Part shown: piece after piece, positions 17,799 to 26,690 of the stretch
Layout: each line of letters begins with the position of its first letter
Numbering within the stretch: the stretch's first letter is position 1
Assembly: GCA_038523235.1 (NCBI GenBank)
Contig: JBCBJQ010000056.1
Coordinates: 1-37,582 of the forward strand
From: Cyanobacteria bacterium J06626_4
GTDB lineage: Bacteria > Cyanobacteriota > Cyanobacteriia > Phormidesmidales > Phormidesmidaceae
Direction of reading: 5' to 3'
DNA length: 37,582 nt
Notes under the pieces: model-generated
Database searches by the model: none
Told to the model about the DNA's origin: nothing
What the model saw: only the letters and a program-made list of their open reading frames with translations
Position numbers and translations under genes: made by a program

Positions 17799-19535
17799 AT
17801 GGCTGAGTCTGTGCCGGGGCGATCGCACCCGTCTCTGAAATCATGGCGTACTCCGACAGCAGTTTGGCTGGTGATGAGTCTGGCGATCGCTGTGGTGTAT
17901 CGCTTGCCTGCCTTGCACAACGCCTTTTCTGCGACCTACGTCGTGCAAGATGATGCGCGCCAGCACGTGTTTTGGATGCAGCGCTTTCTCAATCCCGACC
18001 TATTTCCCCAAGATTTGTTTGCCGACTATTTTCAGTCCGTTGCGCCTTGGGGCTACGCCACGCTTTATTATCTGGCAGCGAAGATGGGCATCAATCCCTG
18101 GGTGCTGAACAAAATTTTGCCGGTGGTGATTGCGCTCGTGGCGACCAGCCTGGTTTTTGCCATCGTGATGGAACTGGTGCAAAGGCCGCTAGCGGCCTTT
18201 GTGTCCGCCATGTTTTTTAACCAAATGCTGCCCGTGCGCGACGATGTGGTGGCGGCTACGCCAGTGGCGTTTTTCCATCCCTTTTTTCTGGCGTTTCTGT
18301 TGTGCTTGCTGCGGCGCTGGTGGTGGCCCGGTGCGCTATCGATTCTGCTGTTGGGATGGTTTTATCCTCAAGGAGTGTTGGTCATGGCGGCGATGCTGGG
18401 GCTGCGAGGCCTCACCCTGGTGCGCTGGCAAAAAAGCCGATTGACTCTGACCGGCACGAAAGCGGACTATTGGGTGATCGGCAGCGGCTTGCTGGCAGCG
18501 TTTTTTGCCTTATTACCCTATGCGCTGCAAGACTCGGCCTATGGGCCGGTGTTGACGGTGGCGCAGGCGCGAGACATGTTTGCCCTGTCGCCGTCGGGCT
18601 GGTCAAAGTTTTTTGACGAAGATTTTGCTGATTTTTGGCTGTTTGGCAAACGGACGGGCCTATTGCCGCTGGAATGGTCAACGCTAGATTTGAAGGTGCA
18701 GCCGCAAGTTTGGCTAACGTTAGCGCTGCCTGTTTTGCTGGCGTTTCCGGGGCGGTCCCCCCTGGCCAGACAGAATGGTGGTCGCATTGCCCTGTTGCTG
18801 CAGGTGGCGATCGCCTCGACGCTGTGCTTTTTGGTCGCTCATTTGTTGCTTTTTGAATTGCATTTGCCGAATCGGTATACTGAGCATAGCTTTCGGGCGA
18901 TCGCGGCTTTGGGGGCGGGGGTGGCGATCTCCCTCATCCTTGATCGGCGACGGCCGCCACACCGGTCACTAAAGCGGCAGTCTATTGGAATGACGGTGTT
19001 GCTGGTGTGGGCCTTAGCGCCGCTGGTAGTAGGTTTAGCCGCCGGCGAATCGCGGGGCAACTATATTCACGGTCAGTTTCCTGAGCTGTATCAGTATTTG
19101 CAAGGTCAGCCGGAAGACGTCGTCACGGCGGGTTTAGATGCCGAAATTAACAACCTGCCGAGCTTTACCAATCGGCCGATTTTTGTCGGCGGTCAAGGGT
19201 TTGCCTTGCCCTACCACTTGGGCTATTACGACGAAGTGAGCCGCCGCTCAGTCGAGTTAATCACGGCGCAATATAGCGACGATCCCGCGGTGGTCAAAGC
19301 TTTTTTAGACAAGAATGCGATTGATTTCTGGCTGGTTTCTGAGGCCATGTTTACCCCCGAATGGATTCAAACCAATGCTTGGCTGCTGCAGTATTCCCGC
19401 CGGACAGCGGCTCCCCAGCAAGCGATCGCCAACCCGCAGGCCACGGTGCTAGAAGGGCTGATCGATCGCTGTGCGGTCGCCCCTTTCGACTCGCTCTGGC
19501 TATTGGAAACCGCCTGTCTCAAGGCTGAATTGTGA
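17799..19535 (+). CDS. Polytopic membrane protein, GT-C glycosyltransferase-like
   Basis: Many TM segments, acidic QDDARQH motif in the loop after TM1, LHLPNRY late loop and a soluble C-terminal domain. The GT-C call is inference. Confidence 0.6.
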   Translation: MAESVPGRSHPSLKSWRTPTAVWLVMSLAIAVVYRLPALHNAFSATYVVQDDARQHVFWMQRFLNPDLFPQDLFADYFQSVAPWGYATLYYLAAKMGINPWVLNKILPVVIALVATSLVFAIVMELVQRPLAAFVSAMFFNQMLPVRDDVVAATPVAFFHPFFLAFLLCLLRRWWWPGALSILLLGWFYPQGVLVMAAMLGLRGLTLVRWQKSRLTLTGTKADYWVIGSGLLAAFFALLPYALQDSAYGPVLTVAQARDMFALSPSGWSKFFDEDFADFWLFGKRTGLLPLEWSTLDLKVQPQVWLTLALPVLLAFPGRSPLARQNGGRIALLLQVAIASTLCFLVAHLLLFELHLPNRYTEHSFRAIAALGAGVAISLILDRRRPPHRSLKRQSIGMTVLLVWALAPLVVGLAAGESRGNYIHGQFPELYQYLQGQPEDVVTAGLDAEINNLPSFTNRPIFVGGQGFALPYHLGYYDEVSRRSVELITAQYSDDPAVVKAFLDKNAIDFWLVSEAMFTPEWIQTNAWLLQYSRRTAAPQQAIANPQATVLEGLIDRCAVAPFDSLWLLETACLKAEL

Positions 19536-19823
19536 AGCATGAGGTGACCTATCGTAGTGACTCAGACTTGACTTTGCCAAAGGGACTGCGGCAAGCCGAC
19601 GGCTGGTCTCAGTCAGGGATGAGTGAGGCTGATGACACCGTAATGCTTTCGCTGATGTCACAACCTGATCAGCCAAAGCTAAAATGCTGTTTATGTCTTC
19701 GAGACGCCTCTCATAGGACAAAAGTCATCTTTTCAGAGGGCATTCGGTCTGCTAGGGTCTAATCAAGTCAGGGTTGAGGCGTCGATCGCTCTTTCCTTCT
19801 CTGGTGGTGAGAGATAGAAACTC

Positions 19824-20564
19824 ATGTCAAACATGACTGATACTCAGCAACTACCCAGCTTCACGACTGTGGTGTCGGGGCAACTCCGGATTATTACCAG
19901 TGATATCAACACTCGCCCGATGAGTTTTGTGGACGACGGGCGGCGTCAAGGGTTTGAGCCCGCTCTCACGCGCATCGTTTGCGATCGCCTAGGGTTAGAG
20001 CCGATGTGGTTTGATATTCCGCTCAAAAAATTCTATTCGACCTTAAGAACCGGCGAGTATGACGTTATCTGGTTTAACCAGATCATTACTCAAGAGCGCC
20101 GCGCTCGGGCTGACTTTACCCGCGCCTATGGCCGGTTTGATACGGCAGTTTTAGTCCGCGAAGACTCCCCGATCGAAGATCGGTCGCACCTGAGTGGTCG
20201 GCGCATTGGTGTGATTCAAGAGAGTGTTAGTCGGCAACTGTTAGAAGTCTTACCCACCGACATTGACCCGGTGTATTTTGACGGCACTAAGGACGTTGAA
20301 ATCGAAATGCTGCAGGCATTGCGCGAAGGCCATATCGACGCAGTGGTGGAAGATGCGCTGATTTTGTTCGCCACTGAAGCCCAGAATACTGGCGTGAGAG
20401 TGGCCTTCGAAATTCCATCACAGCATCCGTTTGGCATCGCTGTCTTACCGGGTAACCGCGAACTGTTGGATGCTTTAAACAGTATTTTGAGTGGGCTGAT
20501 GATCGACGGCACGCTGAATCGTCTTTGGGGTCAGTGGATTCCGTTTAAGTCATATCCCTTTTGA
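19824..20564 (+). CDS. Polar amino acid-type solute-binding protein (PBP2 fold) with no signal peptide
   Basis: PMSF..QGFEPAL, GEYDVI, ITQERRARADFTRAY, LSGRRIGV and GHIDAVVED. Confidence 0.82.
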   Translation: MSNMTDTQQLPSFTTVVSGQLRIITSDINTRPMSFVDDGRRQGFEPALTRIVCDRLGLEPMWFDIPLKKFYSTLRTGEYDVIWFNQIITQERRARADFTRAYGRFDTAVLVREDSPIEDRSHLSGRRIGVIQESVSRQLLEVLPTDIDPVYFDGTKDVEIEMLQALREGHIDAVVEDALILFATEAQNTGVRVAFEIPSQHPFGIAVLPGNRELLDALNSILSGLMIDGTLNRLWGQWIPFKSYPF

Positions 20565-20712
20565 TGGCTACTCGACTGAGCCATCTGGACTCATCTGGCT
20601 TAAGCATCGCAGCATTCAGAATGTGCAGTTCGGCAGTCAGAATTAAACAGCTGCGAGTTAACCCTGATGGCTAGCGCGAATTCGCTAGGTTGGTAGCAGC
20701 GTACCTGGGGCG

Positions 20713-22554
20713 GTGATTGGGCTTGTGGCGACTCTGTGTATTAATCCCCGATGTCCGGCCCCGGTGAATGCAGAGGAACGTGATCGCTGCCAGAGCTGTG
20801 GGAATCGCTTGCGTTTGGGGCAACGGTTTCGACCGATACAAAGTTTGGGTGAGGGTGGCTTTGGGCGAACTTTTTTAGCCTGGGATGAAGCGGTGACTCC
20901 GCCTCAGCGCTGCGTGATTAAGCAAATCCTACGATCGCGCGGCAGCCGGGATCAAGATCTGGCGGAAGCGAAGCGTCTAGCCCAGCTGGGGCAACATCCA
21001 CAGATTCCGAGCTTGATGGCCATTTTGGAATCACCGCGTGACCTTTGTCTGGTGCAAACCTATGTGCCGGGTCGTACCCTAGCCCAGAGATTGGAGGCTG
21101 ACGGCCCGTTGACCGAAAAAGACGTGCGATCGCTGCTGCTATCCCTCTTGCCCGTGCTGCAGTTTATTCACGACCAAAAGATTATTCACCGCGACCTGAA
21201 GCCCGAGAATGTGGTGCTGCCGGAAGGCGATGCTCCTCCCGTCTTGGTCGATTTTGGGGCGGCGCGACCGGTGCCCACGGCCAGTGAACTAGAGCAGACC
21301 GCCACGATTATCGGCAGCGCGGGCTATGCGGCCCCTGAGCAAGCGCTGGGCAAAGCGGTGCCCGCCAGCGATCTTTACAGTCTGGGATTGACTTGCCTGC
21401 ATCTGCTCACGGGGGTGCACCCGTTTGACTTGTACTCCGTCGCGGAGGATCGCTGGGCGTGGCAAACGTTAACGCCTGTCCCCGTTAGCGATGCTCTAGC
21501 GCGAGTGTTGAATCGGTTGACTGCTCGGGCATTGCGCAGCCGCTACCCGACGGCAACGGCAGCTTTAGCTGATCTGGCTCCAGCCGGGCTCATCCCTCAG
21601 CGACGAGTCACATCCAATTTGGTTAAGAGACTTCCTAACCCCTGGCGTTGTACTCAAATCTGGCCAACCTCTGGTCGAGTGGTGAAGGCTCTCGCGATCG
21701 CGCCCACTGGTCAAGCGATCGCCACGGCCAATAGTGATGGCACGGTGCAGCTTTGGGATCACCCAACCGGTGAGGTTTTGCACACTTTTTCCCAGCGCTT
21801 GGGGTTGGGCGAGGGCCATCAGGATGCGGCGACGGCAGTGACCTTTCATCCCGATGGTCAGACGCTGTTTAGCGCCAGCCAAGACGGAACGGTCAAACAG
21901 TGGGAGCTAGCCAGTTACCGGCTGCGGCAGAGCTTCCAGCAGCCGGGCTGGCAGGTGACGACGATTGCCCTTTCCTCGGACGGTGCGCAGCTCATTGCTG
22001 CTGATACCACGGGTCGAATCTCGCTGTGGCAGGTTGATAAGGGTCAGCGTCTGGTGGATCTAACGCGCCATAGCGGTGCTGTGAATCATGTGCGGGTGAA
22101 TCCCCAAGGCGATCGCCTGGTCAGCGTTGGGGAAGCGGGCACGCTGCGGCTGTGGGTGCTGCCGACGGGGCAACTGCTGCACACTTGGACGGTGCCAACC
22201 GGGCTGCGAGCGGTGGCGCTGAATGCGATGGTTCCGGCGGTGGTGACGGGCGATCGCCGGGGTGCAGTCATGCTCTGGTCGCTGACGGATTTTGCGCAGC
22301 ATCAGCAACTAGGCCAGCATCAAGATGCCGTCAGCGCGATCGCCCTCAGCCCGAACGGTCGCTGGTTAGCCACGGGGAGCCGCGATGGTGAAATTTACCT
22401 TTGGGACTGGAGCGGTGATTTGCCGACACGTTTTGCAGTCTGCCGCCACGACTGGACGGTCTGCGATTTGATGTTCACCCCTGATAGCCAAACGTTGATC
22501 AGCAGCGCCGCTGATGAAACCATTCGGTTTTGGCAAGCCCAGCCAGACTGTTGA
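20713..22554 (+). CDS. Ser/Thr protein kinase with an N-terminal 4-Cys motif and C-terminal WD40 repeats
   Basis: CINPRC..CQSCG, GEGGFG, VIK, HRDLKPEN, DFG, APEQ, then GH..WD/WE repeats. The start may be GTG 20725. Confidence 0.93.
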   Translation: MIGLVATLCINPRCPAPVNAEERDRCQSCGNRLRLGQRFRPIQSLGEGGFGRTFLAWDEAVTPPQRCVIKQILRSRGSRDQDLAEAKRLAQLGQHPQIPSLMAILESPRDLCLVQTYVPGRTLAQRLEADGPLTEKDVRSLLLSLLPVLQFIHDQKIIHRDLKPENVVLPEGDAPPVLVDFGAARPVPTASELEQTATIIGSAGYAAPEQALGKAVPASDLYSLGLTCLHLLTGVHPFDLYSVAEDRWAWQTLTPVPVSDALARVLNRLTARALRSRYPTATAALADLAPAGLIPQRRVTSNLVKRLPNPWRCTQIWPTSGRVVKALAIAPTGQAIATANSDGTVQLWDHPTGEVLHTFSQRLGLGEGHQDAATAVTFHPDGQTLFSASQDGTVKQWELASYRLRQSFQQPGWQVTTIALSSDGAQLIAADTTGRISLWQVDKGQRLVDLTRHSGAVNHVRVNPQGDRLVSVGEAGTLRLWVLPTGQLLHTWTVPTGLRAVALNAMVPAVVTGDRRGAVMLWSLTDFAQHQQLGQHQDAVSAIALSPNGRWLATGSRDGEIYLWDWSGDLPTRFAVCRHDWTVCDLMFTPDSQTLISSAADETIRFWQAQPDC

Positions 22555-22570
22555 GCTTTGAGTCCTCGTC

Positions 22571-22608
22571 TGCTCCCCCACTCCCCTGCTCCCTCTTCCC
22601 TCCTCTCC
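22571..22608. repeat. Short tandem octamer (STRR-like) pyrimidine-rich repeat
   Basis: TGCTCCCC-CACTCCCC-TGCTCCCT-CTTCCCTC-CTCTCC between convergent genes. Confidence 0.7.
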
Positions 22609-22642
22609 GTTACTCGAATCAACGCACTTTTCGCTGTTGTGA

Positions 22643-23572
22643 TTAAAGCGACTCTGGCACCAGCACCAGCCGAAACCCGAAGAGAATATGACGCGAAGTC
22701 GTTGGGCGCGTGTGCTCGTAGGCGGCGCGACAAAAGCCAGGCAGATCATCCCAAGAGCAGCCTTTCATCACCGAGACGGTGACGCCCCGCCGCTCTCGCA
22801 GCGTTGAGGTGAACTCAAATACGTTACCCGCCATGTCTTCGGCCCCGTAGGGGCTTTGACTGAGGGGATAGCGCGCGATCGCGCTCGTGCCAAAGGGAAT
22901 GGACTGACCCCAGTGGGTGGCATCATCCTGCCAGTCATTGCCCCAGGGAAAATAGCGACCATCTTCGCCTCGGGCCGTTTTCTCCCATTCGTCAGCGGTG
23001 GGCAACCGATACTGCACACCATCTTGCTGGCCGCGCCACTCGGCGTAGGCCAAGGCATCGTCGTAGGAGGCGAGCACGACCGGATGCTCACTTAACCCAT
23101 CAGGAAACGTGTTGTCTTGCCACAGATAGGGCACGACGTCTGCGTAGGGGTGCACTAAAAACCCTTGCTCTTGATACTCGGCAGCAGAAATGCCAGGGGA
23201 TCGATGATTGGTGGATGCAACAAAGGCGGCATAGTCTTGCTGGGTGACCAGATTAGCCTGAATGCAAAAAGCGGCCAACGAGGTCGTTTGCTGGTCGGCT
23301 TCAAACTCAAACCAGCGCCGATCGCGCAATCCTTGTTCGGCTGCGGCTACGGCCTCTGGCGCATCCGCGATCGCCTGGGCGGAAATCTCGTAGCCATAAT
23401 CGCGTTCGGCGGGGGTGCTTCCTGCGATAAATGCGCCCGCTGGCACAAAGACGAAACCAGGCTGGGCGGCACAGCGATCTCGGGTCATCATCGGTTCGGC
23501 TTCCGAGGCGTCACTGCAGGCTGAGAGCAGCAGCAATCCTCCGGCGGCGACCGTTAACAAATGCTTGCCCAT
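22643..23572 (-). CDS. Formylglycine-generating-enzyme (SUMF1/EgtB/PvdO) family lipoprotein
   Basis: Lipobox LLSAC, VPAGAF, HPVV..S, RLPTADEWEKTARG, FPWG, DMAGNVFE and GFRLV. Confidence 0.88.
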   Translation of the reverse strand: MGKHLLTVAAGGLLLLSACSDASEAEPMMTRDRCAAQPGFVFVPAGAFIAGSTPAERDYGYEISAQAIADAPEAVAAAEQGLRDRRWFEFEADQQTTSLAAFCIQANLVTQQDYAAFVASTNHRSPGISAAEYQEQGFLVHPYADVVPYLWQDNTFPDGLSEHPVVLASYDDALAYAEWRGQQDGVQYRLPTADEWEKTARGEDGRYFPWGNDWQDDATHWGQSIPFGTSAIARYPLSQSPYGAEDMAGNVFEFTSTLRERRGVTVSVMKGCSWDDLPGFCRAAYEHTRPTTSRHILFGFRLVLVPESL

Positions 23573-23651
23573 TGACCACTCCCTCAGCAGAGATTCATCT
23601 ATTCGTTAGCGTTCAGTATTACCATAGCCATCGGTTCCCCAAATAAGCATC

Positions 23652-24260
23652 ATGGCAAATAGCAACTGGCTGGTAACGGATGACGGCACACTGCAAACCC
23701 TCAAGGCGGCAGATGTTGAGGAGCCGGAAAAAACCTATCGCCTCTATCGCTTTTTGACTGAGTTGGAAGATATTTTGGCGGCGGAACAGAATGACGCGAC
23801 CCGGCTGGCGGCGATCGCGCCCATCGTTCGCAAGTTGCTGATCAGTTCCTACTGGCTGCAGATGGAATATAAAGAGCCCGACCCCAAAACCGGCTGGGGG
23901 GTGCATTTTCTCTATCGGGAATATCAGTTTCCCCTGACGGTGCAAATGGTGACCTGGAGCCCTGGGAGTGCTTCCACCATTCACAATCACGCGACGTGGG
24001 GCTTGGTGGCGATGCTCGGTGGGCAGGAAAAAAATCGGATTTGGCGGCGATCGCCGACGCCCGATCAGCCTGACAAAATTGAGCTGCTAGAGGAAACTAC
24101 TTTGGCGCCTGGCGACATCATTACGTTTACCCCCGGTGCGATTCACCAGGTCGAACCCTATGGGGACGAACCGACGATTTCGTTCAATCTTTACGGTGTG
24201 ACTGACTATAAAAACCGCTACGTCTTTGATACGGCAGCGCAGACCGCGAAGCTGTTTTGA
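23652..24260 (+). CDS. Cupin, cysteine/thiol dioxygenase type I-like
   Basis: WSPGSASTIHNHATWG, E.N, IHQV and SFNLYG (3-His metal site). Confidence 0.8.
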   Translation: MANSNWLVTDDGTLQTLKAADVEEPEKTYRLYRFLTELEDILAAEQNDATRLAAIAPIVRKLLISSYWLQMEYKEPDPKTGWGVHFLYREYQFPLTVQMVTWSPGSASTIHNHATWGLVAMLGGQEKNRIWRRSPTPDQPDKIELLEETTLAPGDIITFTPGAIHQVEPYGDEPTISFNLYGVTDYKNRYVFDTAAQTAKLF

Positions 24261-24289
24261 TCGCGATCAACGGTTTCTGCGAGGTCGCC

Positions 24290-24394
24290 TTTGATCGAGG
24301 TTTGGCAATGCCAAACCTCGATCAAAATTGCCTAAGGGCGTTGCTCACAAATAGCCTCCTCGATCGCAGGGGTTTGGCATTGCAAAACCCTTAC
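24290..24394. repeat. Pair of related REP-like palindromes
   Basis: Perfect 18-bp arms TTTGATCGAGGTTTGGCA-A-TGCCAAACCTCGATCAAA at 24290-24326, and a degenerate GCAGGGGTTTGGCATTGCAAAACCCTTAC at 24366-24394. Confidence 0.75.
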
Positions 24395-24438
24395 AGGAAG
24401 CGTGTCTGTCCCTGGGGATGTTATGTAAACGCAGATCC

Positions 24439-25509
<1,071 letters not shown>

Positions 25510-25850
25510 TTAAAAGCCGCTTGTGTCCTGAGTTTTTCGCCGCCAAGCAGAGAATAAAAATGATGCGCGTAAGCCTGAGACTGCCCTCGCTTTTGAAGAT
25601 TCTTTGGTGAGTGGCAAGATATTCACCAAAGTCGTTCTTAGCCTTAACAAGAGCCGAGTCGAACATTGGCGGTAATCAATCGGGCTGAGGCGGGCACGAG
25701 GTTGATCCGGCATCGCCATCCAGGTGATGGCGTTCAGTGCAAAGACTGCAGCCTAGGTGTGTGATGCTGGCGCTTGAGCCTTAGCGCCGCCAAGCTCAAA
25801 GAGCGATCGCGCCTTCTCTGCCAGGTGCATGGCTGCTGGCCACTGGCTGT

Positions 25851-26483
25851 TTAGGCCAATTCTTCGAGGGGGGCGATCGCCTCTGATGGTTCCTGGGTAA
25901 CGGCTTGAGAGGGCAAGCTGTAATCAGCGTTGGGCGCATCCGACAGCCTGCAGGACTGATTACAGCAGTGAATGAAATGCCGCACAATCAGCGGGTCTGA
26001 CCACCGCAAGCGGGCGCGCTGTTCCAAAATAATTCTGGCTTCGCGCTCCGTCATCGGATGACGCCATCCCTTCTCTTGTTGGCAGGCAATCCAAGTATTG
26101 AGCACTTGAAAAATGCGAGCCAGCTTGTGCTGCGGTATGGTTCGCCGGTGATACTGGTTCAAAATGGCTTCGACGTCTGTGAGTCCGGAATCTCTGGCGA
26201 TATTAGCGCTTTCAGCAAACCAGATATTCAAGCTAGCGACCATGTGACCATGATCGCGAAACTCTTGCTCTAATAGCTCGTCGGCGATGTAGAGTGCCCC
26301 CAAGTTTTTAAAGTAAGCAGCTAACAGTAGCGTTTTGCGTTCGTTCTCATCGAGCTGTAGCAGCTTGCCGTACATGTGACAAAGTTTGGCTAGATCTTGA
26401 GACTCTTGCTGCAGCCAATCCCCTTTGTATTTCAGCAAGCTGTTAAGAGTTTTGACATACGTCTTAAAACTGGGATGACTCAT
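25851..26483 (-). CDS. Degenerate HD-GYP-like phosphohydrolase-fold protein
   Basis: LLLAAYFKNLG (LHDIG position), LARIFQVLNTW (ARIxAVADxF position), KGWRHPMT..EA (RPYR position) and DPLIVRHF. Confidence 0.7.
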   Translation of the reverse strand: MSHPSFKTYVKTLNSLLKYKGDWLQQESQDLAKLCHMYGKLLQLDENERKTLLLAAYFKNLGALYIADELLEQEFRDHGHMVASLNIWFAESANIARDSGLTDVEAILNQYHRRTIPQHKLARIFQVLNTWIACQQEKGWRHPMTEREARIILEQRARLRWSDPLIVRHFIHCCNQSCRLSDAPNADYSLPSQAVTQEPSEAIAPLEELA

Positions 26484-26690
26484 CGGTTTAAGCAGTGACT
26501 AACGCCTGACAACTAAATTTAGAGAGTGCTACTGGCAGAGACAGCGAAAATGAGCCGCTGCAGTCCCGGATTTCAGCCGATAGACCTTATTCAATCTGCC
26601 CATCCTGATGGATAAATAAATTTTTCACCGTAATTACTCGGGAGACTGTGTAAAAAAATCATCAACAACTCAACTCGATGTGAGGGCTGT

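Noticed and set aside
19560..19800. Guanidine-I (ykkC) riboswitch before the solute-binding protein
   Set aside because: Fragments GGCTGGTC, GGACAAAAG and CTAGGGT are present but in the wrong order and without the CCCGGG pairing.
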